Part shown: positions 7,753-16,777 of the stretch, piece by piece
Layout: every line of letters begins with the position of its first letter
How positions within the stretch are numbered: position 1 is the stretch's first letter
Source of the DNA: a virus
DNA length: 64,000 nucleotides
IMG/VR virus record: IMGVR_UViG_3300045157_000010
Strand: one strand, 5' to 3'
Position numbers and translations under genes: made by a program
Notes under the pieces: generated by a model
Told to the model about the DNA's origin: nothing
The model's input: only the letters and a program-made list of their open reading frames with translations
The model's database searches: none

Positions 7753-7822
7753 AGTGTCTCCTTGCATGGTTGGTAGCCCCCGCTGGTATGTGCGCGGGGG
7801 CAGTTCAGCGGCACACGCGCTG

Positions 7823-8233
7823 TCAGTTGGTGGTGGTTAGTGTGATGTGCGCTCCGGGCGCTTCCCCCGGCTCAGCGCGCCTCTTGTGCGCGTGGATGGT
7901 GACGACCTGCGAATCGTCCACGTATGCGGAACCTGTCAGGCCGTCGCAGGTGGACCTCAGGAGTTTGTCGGCGTCTGGGCGTTGCACCATCGGTGGTGCG
8001 GGTTTATCCCCCAACGCTTTCGGGCGGGGCATGATGAACTCGACCGTCAGTTCTAGCGGCCCGTCCAGTAGTTCCCCCACCGACTCTCGCGCCTTCGCCC
8101 CCACCGCTTCTCGCCACGGCTTCACCTTCTTGCTCGACTCCACCAACACCACCCGGCCCCCACGGATAAACCCGGACTTACTGCCCTGCGGTGCCGGAAC
8201 CCCCTCAACGAAGAAGCTAGGCAGAGTAAGCAC
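7823..8233 (-). CDS. rusA: RusA-like Holliday junction resolvase
   Basis: PAPQGSK, RPDADKLLRSTCDGL, DDSQVV. Confidence 0.9.
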   Translation of the reverse strand: MLTLPSFFVEGVPAPQGSKSGFIRGGRVVLVESSKKVKPWREAVGAKARESVGELLDGPLELTVEFIMPRPKALGDKPAPPMVQRPDADKLLRSTCDGLTGSAYVDDSQVVTIHAHKRRAEPGEAPGAHITLTTTN

Positions 8234-9014
8234 CGCCAAACAGTCGCTCCAGTGCGAGGTGCGCCTGCTGAGGGCACACACCGTTACCGATAGCCTTCAA
8301 CTGGTCGCGTCGGCTAAGTCCAATCTCGTCCGACGTGATCCACCCTTCGGGAAGTCCCATCATCCACTCGGCAAACGCGGCGTTCAGTCGATACTTGCCA
8401 CGCGCCCCCACCTCAACCGGGTACGGGGCGGGGCGGAACGCTTCTGACCAGCCGTGGACAACCTGGGTGTACCGACCGTACGGAGGGTGCTGCTCTGCCG
8501 CTTCGCCCATCGCCATAGCTGCATCGTTGATGCCCACGGAGTGTCCGCCGGCCTTCCGCTTGTCAGGGTGTTGCCCTCCGCCAGCCACCCCCGAATATGC
8601 GTTCGGAGTTGGAAGGAACTGCTGTCGAGGGAAGTGTGTGTCTACTGCGGTTATCGGCGGCGACTTACGCTTCTGGCACGATGGGAAGTTATCCCGCTTC
8701 CAGTCCGTCGCGGTTGGGGTCGGTAACCAAGATGAAGACCCTTTCTCGATGGTGCGGTGCCCCGGCGTCGGCAGCTCGTAGGCTCGTCCATTGAACATGC
8801 ATCCCGTCTTCGGCCAGGTCTCCGAGTACACGGTCGAATCCGAGGGATCGGTGTCCGCGCACGTTTTCCAGGATCGTGTACCGGGGTCGTAGGTGGCGAA
8901 TTGCTTCGCGGACGTAGGGCCAGAGGTGGCGGTCGTCGTTCTCTCCTTGTCGTCTTCCTGCCTGGGAGAACGGCTGACAAGGGTACCCGCCTGTAAGAAT
9001 GTCAACTGGTTCAA
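8217..9014 (-). CDS. C5-cytosine methyltransferase, second polypeptide (alternative-frame N part, variable region and C-terminal motifs)
   Basis: WPKTGCMFNG, LPTP repeats, EWMMGLPEGW, LKAIGNGVCPQQA; own RBS GGAG-5nt-TTG. Confidence 0.8.
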   Translation of the reverse strand: MNQLTFLQAGTLVSRSPRQEDDKERTTTATSGPTSAKQFATYDPGTRSWKTCADTDPSDSTVYSETWPKTGCMFNGRAYELPTPGHRTIEKGSSSWLPTPTATDWKRDNFPSCQKRKSPPITAVDTHFPRQQFLPTPNAYSGVAGGGQHPDKRKAGGHSVGINDAAMAMGEAAEQHPPYGRYTQVVHGWSEAFRPAPYPVEVGARGKYRLNAAFAEWMMGLPEGWITSDEIGLSRRDQLKAIGNGVCPQQAHLALERLFGGAYSA

Positions 9015-9198
9015 CCGTGCTCCAATCCATTGTGGTTACGTCCCCGTAGTTGGGAACATCGGGGTAGTGGTGTGCGAGGATTTTTGATGGCGCCTCGTCG
9101 TATTCAACGAACCATGCAACCTGGGCATCAAAAAAGGTCTCGACCGCTTGATCGAGACCGCCATAGCCACTGAATAGTGAACCTATTTTCAGAGTCAG
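8689..9198 (-). CDS. C5-cytosine methyltransferase, first polypeptide (motifs I-VIII; CTG 9198 or GTG 9252 start)
   Basis: LFSGYGG, GGYPCQPFS, ENV, HHRERVF, then stop. Confidence 0.9.
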   Translation of the reverse strand: MTLKIGSLFSGYGGLDQAVETFFDAQVAWFVEYDEAPSKILAHHYPDVPNYGDVTTMDWSTVEPVDILTGGYPCQPFSQAGRRQGENDDRHLWPYVREAIRHLRPRYTILENVRGHRSLGFDRVLGDLAEDGMHVQWTSLRAADAGAPHHRERVFILVTDPNRDGLEAG

Positions 9199-9518
9199 TT
9201 TTCTGCCCCCATTGCTGCGTGAAGATCGGCGTGCATCCGGTACGACTCCCACTGCTCCAGGGTGGGGCAGGTGATGATCTGATCGACCCGCTGGTGTAGG
9301 ACGTGCACGGTGGCGTTGTTGCTGTCGGTGATCATGATGTACCGGCTGGTTTCCTCGACCCGCCCGGATACGACCACGGTTTCCCAGTGCTCGGTGGTGT
9401 ACTCTTCCCCGTCTTCGTCTGTGCCGTGTTCCCTCACTTCGAGTTCGTAGGACACGGCCCCGTAGCCGAGGGTGGTTACGGTGTCTTCGGGTGGGTGGTT
9501 GATGGCGAACAGGCTCAT
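9195..9518 (-). CDS. Hypothetical protein
   Basis: RBS; coupled. Confidence 0.65.
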   Translation of the reverse strand: MSLFAINHPPEDTVTTLGYGAVSYELEVREHGTDEDGEEYTTEHWETVVVSGRVEETSRYIMITDSNNATVHVLHQRVDQIITCPTLEQWESYRMHADLHAAMGAEN

Positions 9519-9685
9519 GCGGTCCCCTTATGGTCGAAGATGATTGTCAGTCCGTCGTCGGAGTAGTGCTTCTTGATCGCCTGCCAGTCCCCGTTGAACC
9601 ATGTGGTCTTCGCCCCGGTGTGCGCTGCGTCGAATGCTGCTAGTGCTTCATGGTCATCTGGATGGAGACGGATCACTTCGCTCAT
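9515..9685 (-). CDS. Hypothetical protein (56 aa)
   Basis: AAGGAG RBS then ATG overlapping the thyX stop. Confidence 0.6.
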   Translation of the reverse strand: MSEVIRLHPDDHEALAAFDAAHTGAKTTWFNGDWQAIKKHYSDDGLTIIFDHKGTA

Positions 9686-10449
9686 GCGGTCTCCTTGTCG
9701 GGGTAGGAGATCTGGTATCGGAGGTGGTCTACGACGGTGGGGGCGACGGGGGCTAGTGCGTCGAGGATGAGGTGGGACACTTCCTGCATCTCCGCGTCCG
9801 CCGTGGGGTGTGCCCGCAGGGGGAGGATGGTGGACCATGCGCGAAGGTTTCCGGTGACAACTCCGCGCACCTCGGTCGCATTCGGAAGGACACTACGGGC
9901 AGCTTCACGGGCCTGCTTGCGAGGCAGACCACATTCGGTGGACAGCTCGTTGACCCATTCCTGATAGTTCTTCATGGCATCGTTTGCGTCGTTGATGAAT
10001 GAGAAGATGTCCCCGAACGGGTTACCTTCAGGGTCTTCTACTGGATTGCAGTATTCCCGAATCGCCGGGGGCATGACCACGCCGAATGTTGCGGCGTCCA
10101 CGTACCGCTGCGACACGACCGACCAGGACAGGTGTCGGTGGCGTTCCATCTCCATCAGCCATGCGCGGGACACGCCGGAGAATCGGAACGTCGCGCTGGC
10201 GTGCTCTAGGATGCTGCCGTGCTGCATCTCAAACGCGGTGCGGTTGATGTAATCGGCGTTGCGTGCGGTCTTCGGGTTTGGCTTGTCCCAGGATTCATAG
10301 CAGCCGCGCCCTGCGAACTCGACCAGGCATTCCGCGTCGGTTGCGGCAGGGTCGAGGCTCATCCAGTCCTCAATCTTCGGCCCGCCCCCCGGCGTGTACG
10401 TGAGGGTGGTTGATGCGATCAACTCAATCTTCGGGGTAACAATGTTCAA
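9682..10449 (-). CDS. thyX: FAD-dependent thymidylate synthase
   Basis: HGSILEHA and RHRHLSWSVVSQRY signature; GNLRAW. Confidence 0.95.
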   Translation of the reverse strand: MNIVTPKIELIASTTLTYTPGGGPKIEDWMSLDPAATDAECLVEFAGRGCYESWDKPNPKTARNADYINRTAFEMQHGSILEHASATFRFSGVSRAWLMEMERHRHLSWSVVSQRYVDAATFGVVMPPAIREYCNPVEDPEGNPFGDIFSFINDANDAMKNYQEWVNELSTECGLPRKQAREAARSVLPNATEVRGVVTGNLRAWSTILPLRAHPTADAEMQEVSHLILDALAPVAPTVVDHLRYQISYPDKETA

Positions 10450-10629
10450 CTAGTCCTCCTGGGTGATGATGATCGGCTTTTCGAGGTCGAGGTGCTTACT
10501 CAGGTCGCCGGAGACGGTGATGGTGAGCGTGGTTGATTCCGGTACTCGGATTTCCCTCTCGTTATTGGTGATGATGGTTACGTCAACGTGGAATGATTCC
10601 ACAGTTCCGGTGATCTTGCGGTTGCTCAT
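10450..10629 (-). CDS. Hypothetical protein (59 aa, MSNRKITG...)
   Basis: AGGAG RBS; fills the gap exactly. Confidence 0.6.
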   Translation of the reverse strand: MSNRKITGTVESFHVDVTIITNNEREIRVPESTTLTITVSGDLSKHLDLEKPIIITQED

Positions 10630-10838
10630 GCAGTCTCCTCTGTGTGGAATCGGGGGTACTCGCCATAGTCGCCCATTGCGACAGGGTTTCCATTTTCGTC
10701 AACAAGTCGCCACTCGTAGTGCAGCCCATCCCACGTTGGGAAAAGTGTTGCGTTGATGTCGCGGACGGCGGCGTGAAGTTTCGCGATGTGCGCGAAATGC
10801 TCAGTGGATACTGTTCGAACCATGTCAGCGTCATTCAC
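10626..10838 (-). CDS. Hypothetical protein
   Basis: GTGA coupling; GAGGAGG RBS. Confidence 0.6.
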   Translation of the reverse strand: MNDADMVRTVSTEHFAHIAKLHAAVRDINATLFPTWDGLHYEWRLVDENGNPVAMGDYGEYPRFHTEETA

Positions 10839-11030
10839 AGGTATTCGTCCTCCTCGTTGTGGTGTTTGCGATACCAGCCGCCGTAGGGTCCGGGCGTGTA
10901 CCGCCAGCCCTCGTTCTCAGCCCACCGTCGGTCCTGCTCGTACTCGTACTCGTCATCCTCGCGCCTCACTTCTGCCCCTTCGCGTGCCACAGGATCGCCA
11001 AGCATCCGGCGATCAGTAGTGCTAGTTCTC

Positions 11031-11207
11031 TCACGATTCCTCTTTCTTCTTCCGGGTGTCTTGCCATACCTTCTTCACGATTTCGAGGACCACCCATCCA
11101 CCAGCGACAGTCATTGCGAACTTTCCATAGGATTCCCACCCCTTAATGGAAGGCATAAAGACTCCGAATAGGAAAAGTAGAATCAGGTAGTCAATCGGAA
11201 CTTTCAT
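11031..11207 (-). CDS. Small membrane protein
   Basis: GAGGAG RBS; hydrophobic; lower GC. Confidence 0.55.
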   Translation of the reverse strand: MKVPIDYLILLFLFGVFMPSIKGWESYGKFAMTVAGGWVVLEIVKKVWQDTRKKKEES

Positions 11208-11416
11208 GCGTTCTCCTCCTCGTGGTGCAGTGCGCCTCACGGCCAGTGCGTCTAGCGGGTCAAGACTCGGTGGCGTCCCAATCACCCTCGCGGGGATCAT
11301 CCAGCGCCAACTCGATTGCGTGCTCCCAGTTGCGCGCCTCCACATGAAAAACCGCCGTCACCTCAAAAGTGCGGCGGTTCGTGTGGTTAGCGTTCTCGTA
11401 CAGTTCGTGAACAGGA

Positions 11417-11782
11417 TCAGTCAACGGCGAACCTTTCAGCCAGGCCCTCATTATCAGACCATCCGACCCTGAACTTAGGACGCACAATATCCCATCCACC
11501 CCAAGCGCCTTTTCGCCAAACGGTGCAGTCAGGTGAAGTAACCTCAGTCCCTACCGCTGCATCTTTGAACCAATCACTGTTGTGCCCTGATGTGTCGATC
11601 CTGTCTAGTTCATCCTTCAGGAAGTCGATTGCCTTCCGCAGGTCCGCCTCAACCTCGCCCTTGTTGTTGCCGTCCAGTCGGCAGGACCGGGCAATGTACT
11701 GCACAGCCTGCCCAGCGTTCGACGTGAGGTGACGGCTAATGTCGAGCACCTGCACCTTCCCGAACTTGTAGTAGTCGCTCAC
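11417..11782 (-). CDS. DUF3310-like protein
   Basis: DYY...GQAVQYIAR...K...DLRKAIDFL pattern. Confidence 0.75.
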   Translation of the reverse strand: MSDYYKFGKVQVLDISRHLTSNAGQAVQYIARSCRLDGNNKGEVEADLRKAIDFLKDELDRIDTSGHNSDWFKDAAVGTEVTSPDCTVWRKGAWGGWDIVRPKFRVGWSDNEGLAERFAVD

Positions 11783-11790
11783 GTGTCCTC

Positions 11791-12933
11791 CTAGACGATT
11801 GAGATGTTCGCGGGCTTACCGTCCACGTCATCGAAGACGAGGACACCCGGATTGCCGGTCGCGCCAGTCGAGTTGGCGAACCACGTTGACTGCGTTTCTA
11901 GCGCGGGGGCGCACATGATCCACCGTCGTGCCGTCCACGACCACGCCCGCATCCCGTGGAAATGACCGAACAGCAACACGTCCGCAGCGGCAGCGGGCCG
12001 GTCATTCGTGATCTGCCCCGCCCACCACTTCTCAGCGCCGTTCACCGGGCCACCACTGAACCGGTGACCGTGCACCACCGCGTAGGTCAACCCTCCCGCT
12101 GTGTAGGTCACGTCCCCGGTGTTCGGCTCCGGATAGTAGAAGCTCACACGGTCATCGAGGCCCGCCAGTTCGATTGCCTGCTGCACGTTGTTGACGATCT
12201 GGATATCGAACGAGTCGGTCATGGACACGTTCGACACGCGGGTCGATTCACCGTGGTTGCCGGGGATCGCCGCCACAATCACCTCCGACGCCGCCTCCAA
12301 GCACTTCTGCACCGTGTCCGATACGAGGTGGCCGGCAACCCGGATCTGCTCGGTCAGGGTCAGGTCACAGCCGCCGATGTTCTTCCCGTGCTGACTGACG
12401 TAGCCCTCGATGAGGTCGCCGCCGAGTACAAGGTTGATTCCCTCGAATGGGCCGTCGTCTAGCGCTCGGTCCACACTGTCTCGCCAACGCTGGATAAGGA
12501 GTTCGGAACCGCCACCGTCCTGAGCTGACTTGCCGATGTGAGTGTCCGCCAGCATGATCGTGCGCCAACCACTGCGCGGCTCATACGGGTACGACGGCTC
12601 GGCGTAGATGTTGTCGAGCAGGTCTTCCACGTCGAACGTGCGCTCAGGCTTTCGCGTGATCGGCAACTTGTACCAGCACTCGACCATCTTCGAGTCCGCG
12701 CCGATCTTCGTTGAGATACTGGCCTTCTGTGACCAGTCAACGATGATCTCGTCAGGGTCAAGGTGCGATTCCCGGAGAATCTTGTTTACCTCGTCCTTGC
12801 TCGGCTCTTGCCCTGCGCGCTTAGGGGTCGTGGTGACGTGACCGGTATCACCTTCCCACTGCACGCCGGGGGTCCAGCCCGACGGGGCGGGGGTGTTCAG
12901 TGTCTTCAGTGCGTTCAGATCGACTTCGCTCAC
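11791..12933 (-). CDS. Calcineurin-like metallophosphoesterase
   Basis: ADTHIG, GGDLIEG, PGNHGE, VHGH, FGHFH; AAGGAG RBS before GTG 12933. Confidence 0.9.
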   Translation of the reverse strand: MSEVDLNALKTLNTPAPSGWTPGVQWEGDTGHVTTTPKRAGQEPSKDEVNKILRESHLDPDEIIVDWSQKASISTKIGADSKMVECWYKLPITRKPERTFDVEDLLDNIYAEPSYPYEPRSGWRTIMLADTHIGKSAQDGGGSELLIQRWRDSVDRALDDGPFEGINLVLGGDLIEGYVSQHGKNIGGCDLTLTEQIRVAGHLVSDTVQKCLEAASEVIVAAIPGNHGESTRVSNVSMTDSFDIQIVNNVQQAIELAGLDDRVSFYYPEPNTGDVTYTAGGLTYAVVHGHRFSGGPVNGAEKWWAGQITNDRPAAAADVLLFGHFHGMRAWSWTARRWIMCAPALETQSTWFANSTGATGNPGVLVFDDVDGKPANISIV

Positions 12934-13148
12934 ACAGTCTCCTTCAGTTCGGTTCGCAGCATCTTCAGGGCGGTTAGCCCGAACGGGTATCCGGCGTGCT
13001 CGCGCAACGCCCGCAGTGCCCGAGGTGCGGGCTGGTTCACGATCACCATCTCCACCACTTCCCGCTCCTCCGTGCTCATCTCGTCCAACCATTCCCTCGC
13101 GGTGCGGGGCTTCCGCACCCCGTACTTCCGCAGCTCAGCGATACTCAA
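12930..13148 (-). CDS. Hypothetical protein
   Basis: GGAGG RBS, TTG start; coupled. Confidence 0.6.
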   Translation of the reverse strand: MSIAELRKYGVRKPRTAREWLDEMSTEEREVVEMVIVNQPAPRALRALREHAGYPFGLTALKMLRTELKETV

Positions 13149-13323
13149 TTTTCCTCCACTTGTCCTTCTTCACTTGCGCCGCCCAGCCCTCCTCGACTAG
13201 GCGGCGCATGATCCCCTCAACCTCGTGCGATTGCTCCCGCAGGACGCATGATTTGAGGGTGTATAGCGTGCATTCCATGCCACTGTTGAGCGCGTCCCGC
13301 ACCCATTCCTCGGTGTTGGTCAA
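13135..13323 (-). CDS. Hypothetical protein, possible small winged HTH
   Basis: Coupled to dUTPase stop. Confidence 0.5.
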   Translation of the reverse strand: MTNTEEWVRDALNSGMECTLYTLKSCVLREQSHEVEGIMRRLVEEGWAAQVKKDKWRKIEYR

Positions 13324-13742
13324 CGCCCGGTTGAGCCGTGCCCGCCCGTGCCGCGCTCGGTGTTATCCAGTGCGGCAACAGGGGTGAGTGTGGGGCGTTC
13401 GATCCGCTGAATGAGTAGCTGCGCGATCCGATCGCCCTTCTTCACCTCGACGGGGAACATGCCCGCGTTGTGCAAGTTCACCTTCACCGTGCCCCGATAG
13501 TCACTGTCGATCACCCCTGGCGCGTTGAGGACCGACACGCCGTGATTTGCGGCCAAGCCCGACCGGGAATGCACCAGACCGGCGAACCCGACCGGGATAG
13601 CGACCTGAATCCCCGCACTCACCAACTGCCACTCGGCGGGCAGGATCTCCACATCTTCTGCCGCGATCAGATCCGCGCCTGCATCGGTCGGATGCTTACG
13701 GACAGGCATGCAGCCCTTCTCCGCGATGATTGGAATGTCTAT
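13320..13742 (-). CDS. dut: Trimeric dUTPase (probable ATA start 13742; ATG at 13709)
   Basis: DAGADL, SRSG, GVIDSDYRG, RIAQL, RGTGGHGSTG; AGGAGG-5nt-ATA adds DIPIIAEKGC. Confidence 0.95.
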   Translation of the reverse strand: MDIPIIAEKGCMPVRKHPTDAGADLIAAEDVEILPAEWQLVSAGIQVAIPVGFAGLVHSRSGLAANHGVSVLNAPGVIDSDYRGTVKVNLHNAGMFPVEVKKGDRIAQLLIQRIERPTLTPVAALDNTERGTGGHGSTGR

Positions 13743-13751
13743 GTTGTCCTC

Positions 13752-15050
13752 CTATTGCATTGACACAAACCTCGAATAGTGCAACTGGCTAGCGACCGTG
13801 ACAGTGCCCGTATCCCCGCCACGATGCTTCGCCACGATCAGATCCGCCTCACCCGCCCTCGCATGATCTTTGTTCAGCACGTCCGGGCGGTGGATCATGA
13901 TCACCACATCCGCGTCCTGCTCCAGGGAACCCGATTCCCGCAGGTCAGATGGTCGCGGTGTTGCATCATCCCCGCGCTGCTCCACACCACGATTCAACTG
14001 GGCGATAGCAATCACCGGGATCTTGCACGACTTCGCCAACAGTTTCAGTTGCCGGCTGATGCTCGACACTTCCTCCTGCCGACTATCCGCCTTACCACCC
14101 AACCTGAGTAGCTGGAGGTAATCGACGGCCATGAGCTTGACACCGTGCCGCTTCACCGCGAGCTTCGTCTTCGCCGCGATCTCCACCATCGTCAACTCCG
14201 GCGAATCATCCACGTACAGTGGCGCGTCCTGGAGTGCGTCGCGTGCGGGGCCGATCTTCTCCCACCCCGCATCGTCCACCCGCCCGGTGCGTAAGTCTGT
14301 GATGAGTACCTGCGCCTCGGCGGACACGACACGCTCTTGTACCTCTGCCTCTGACATTTCCAGGCTGAACAGTAGGGCCGGCAACCCGGCCCGGATCGTC
14401 ATGTTCCGCATCACATCGACCGCGAGGGTTGACTTACCAACACCAGGCCGTGCCGCGACGATGATCATCTGCCCCGGTTTGAACCCACCGTTCAACTTCC
14501 GGTCAAGATCAGGGAACCCGGTCGGTACCGCATCCGGTATCGCACCACTCCCCCGCGCCTCGATCTCATCGAACAGTTCATCGAGGGTTTCCCCAATGCG
14601 GTGCGTTTCTGCGCTGGGAACGTCGGCGGATAGTTCCGCGATCTCGTCAACGAGCTGTTGCAGGTCTTCAATCGGCGCGCCTTCGCGGTACGCCTGCTGC
14701 GCACGGGTGAGACCCGCGCTCAACCTCCGGCGTAGGGCGTTGTCCGCGACCTGCTCAACGTGCAGGATCAGCGACACCGGTAGCGGCGCTTCACCTACCA
14801 GTGAGGTGACGGCGATAGCATCATCGGCGCTCTTGCATACACCTGTTTCCAGGAGGTAGTTCGCGCCAGACAGGTCATCGACGACGCGGCCTGCGTTGTA
14901 TCCGGCGATGAGTCCGGCGAATATCTTCTGGTGCCGTTCGGTCTCGAAATCATCGACGCGCAACCGTGTGGTGACTTCGGGGATGCGGTCGGGGTGTTGC
15001 AGGATGCCGCCGAGCACGGCGCGTTCGGCGGTCGCTTTCAGACTAGTCAG
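13752..15050 (-). CDS. dnaB: DnaB-like replicative helicase (probable CTG start 15050; GTG at 15017)
   Basis: AERAVLGGIL, AARPGVGKS, SLEM, DYLQL, QLNR, DLRESGSLEQDAD, KHRGG. Confidence 0.95.
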   Translation of the reverse strand: MTSLKATAERAVLGGILQHPDRIPEVTTRLRVDDFETERHQKIFAGLIAGYNAGRVVDDLSGANYLLETGVCKSADDAIAVTSLVGEAPLPVSLILHVEQVADNALRRRLSAGLTRAQQAYREGAPIEDLQQLVDEIAELSADVPSAETHRIGETLDELFDEIEARGSGAIPDAVPTGFPDLDRKLNGGFKPGQMIIVAARPGVGKSTLAVDVMRNMTIRAGLPALLFSLEMSEAEVQERVVSAEAQVLITDLRTGRVDDAGWEKIGPARDALQDAPLYVDDSPELTMVEIAAKTKLAVKRHGVKLMAVDYLQLLRLGGKADSRQEEVSSISRQLKLLAKSCKIPVIAIAQLNRGVEQRGDDATPRPSDLRESGSLEQDADVVIMIHRPDVLNKDHARAGEADLIVAKHRGGDTGTVTVASQLHYSRFVSMQ

Positions 15051-15373
15051 TGGCCGCCCTCCTCTTTCGCTGCGGTGGCGGCTGCCCGGGCGTCCTGCAG
15101 TTCGATCTTCAGCGACTCGATGATTCCTTCGAGCTTGGTGATCTTGGCGTCCTTCTCGGTGACGGTCGCCTGCAAGCTCTGCTCTCTGGCCTTGGATTCT
15201 CTCAGCCAGCCCCGGAGTTCATCGGCGCGCTTCCGTTCGGGTTCGTAGTCGTCCTCGGCGTGCTGCCGTGCTTCCTCGGAGTGATACAGGCTCTCCTTCA
15301 GGTCGGTGACTTGCCGGCGGTAGATCTCCATCATGGCGAGCATGGTGTGGTCCACCTGCTCATACTCGATCAT
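15047..15373 (-). CDS. Coiled-coil hypothetical protein
   Basis: GGAGG RBS; heptad-rich. Confidence 0.65.
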   Translation of the reverse strand: MIEYEQVDHTMLAMMEIYRRQVTDLKESLYHSEEARQHAEDDYEPERKRADELRGWLRESKAREQSLQATVTEKDAKITKLEGIIESLKIELQDARAAATAAKEEGGH

Positions 15374-15431
15374 TTGTCCTCCTTCATGGAAGAAGCCCCG
15401 CACGGTGGCGAGGCTTGGTGGTTGTGGTGGA

Positions 15432-16232
15432 TCATGCTTCTGGCTCCCACAGGACCGTGACGGGGTGGTCCTCGTCGCACAGGCGGTCTGCGGTCCACTT
15501 GGACGGCTCCCCATCACTGGTGGCCCACCAGGCGGACACCCACAGGCTGGTCTCCGAGGATTTCTGCCAGGCGTCACCGTCGGTGCTGAGGATTACCGAA
15601 CTGGCGGCCAGCCTGTCGAGTTCGTCGGGGTTGGTGATGACACGCGGCGCGGGCACCAGACGATGCAGGAGGGTGACGTTTTCGTTGTCCTCCATGAGAA
15701 ACCGCCCGTCAGGGTCGATGGTGTTCCACGGGCCGATGCTGTCCCTGTCCTTTACGGCGGGGCGTCGTTCCCCGCGAACTTCCACCATCCACGCTTCCCC
15801 CGGCTTCACGTCGGCGGGGTCGGGTGTTTCTGCGTTGCTTTCTGCACCTTTCTGCACGGTAGGTTCGCGGACGGGGCCGCCCCATGCACTGCCGTCTGCG
15901 AGGTGCTGGGCGGCTTCCAGACGATCCCGCTCGACGGTGAGGCGTTCCACCTCGGCACGGGCCTCCGCGAGGTCGTGCTCCATCTGCTCGGCGCTGTCAG
16001 CGAGGGCGATCAGTTCATACTTCCCGGTGCCGATGACGCCCGAGTAGCGCTTCTCCACCCATTCTCTGATCCCCTCCTCGAGGGTGGGGGCCGGGGCGTC
16101 CACGGTGGCGAGGATGTAGTTCACGGCGGCGCGGGTCTCACGTGGCGTCTCGTCGTCGTACTTGAACGTCTCGGCAATGTCCTCCGCCCACTGTCGGGCG
16201 TCGCGCCGGTCCTGGTCGGTGATGTCAGTCAT
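15432..16232 (-). CDS. Hypothetical multi-module protein
   Basis: AAGGAG RBS, ATG 16232. Confidence 0.65.
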   Translation of the reverse strand: MTDITDQDRRDARQWAEDIAETFKYDDETPRETRAAVNYILATVDAPAPTLEEGIREWVEKRYSGVIGTGKYELIALADSAEQMEHDLAEARAEVERLTVERDRLEAAQHLADGSAWGGPVREPTVQKGAESNAETPDPADVKPGEAWMVEVRGERRPAVKDRDSIGPWNTIDPDGRFLMEDNENVTLLHRLVPAPRVITNPDELDRLAASSVILSTDGDAWQKSSETSLWVSAWWATSDGEPSKWTADRLCDEDHPVTVLWEPEA

Positions 16233-16425
16233 TGGTGGTCTCCTTGGTAGAGGTGTTCGGGATGACGCGCACCCAGTCGTATCCGTCGGGTTCGCCCCAT
16301 AGCCTGCGGAGTCGAGTGCACCAGCACTGTCCGCACTGCGGGCATCGCCAGAGTCGGGTGGTGAAGCGGGTGAGGAACCACCGAGGCTTGCCAGGACAGG
16401 GGTTGTGTTCACAGCAGACCGTCAT
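16225..16425 (-). CDS. Cys-rich small protein, possible zinc finger
   Basis: CCEHNPC...CPQCGQCWC; coupled. Confidence 0.5.
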   Translation of the reverse strand: MTVCCEHNPCPGKPRWFLTRFTTRLWRCPQCGQCWCTRLRRLWGEPDGYDWVRVIPNTSTKETTND

Positions 16426-16777
16426 TGCCAGTCTCCTTGTTCAGTGCTTTGTTTGCGGCGCGGACCTCGGCACCCTCGCGGATGACAACGGCGGGGAGGT
16501 ATCGCTCGTAGACCCCCTTCTCGTACCAGTCGGCATCACGGTACTGGCGGACGAAGTAGAGACCTCCGGTGGTGTCGCCGTCCATCACCACTGTGTCCGG
16601 GTCGAGGGCTTCCAGTTCCTCCACGGAGCGGATGATCTGCGGGTCAGGGTGCGCGTTGATGAAGTCCACGACCGGCTGCACCAGCGCGTAGCCGTCGTTA
16701 CGTCGGGCGTAGTCGCGCACAAACTCTAGGTCGTCGGCGTAGGGGCTGTCCGGGTCACTCTTGTGCAGGTCACTCAT
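16409..16777 (-). CDS. Hypothetical protein
   Basis: AAGGA RBS; coupled. Confidence 0.65.
   Translation of the reverse strand: MSDLHKSDPDSPYADDLEFVRDYARRNDGYALVQPVVDFINAHPDPQIIRSVEELEALDPDTVVMDGDTTGGLYFVRQYRDADWYEKGVYERYLPAVVIREGAEVRAANKALNKETGNDGLL

Noticed and set aside
5626-7767. Intron or intein in nrdE (and in dnaB, terL)
   Set aside because: ORFs are continuous and of normal length, with no C/HN splice motifs noticed
8217-9252. Methylase as a simple frameshifted pseudogene
   Set aside because: The two frames overlap by 326 nt, ORF B has its own RBS and start, and both sets of motifs are intact
12934-13092. N-terminal extension of the metallophosphoesterase ORF
   Set aside because: Overlaps the upstream gene; the AAGGAG RBS points to GTG 12933
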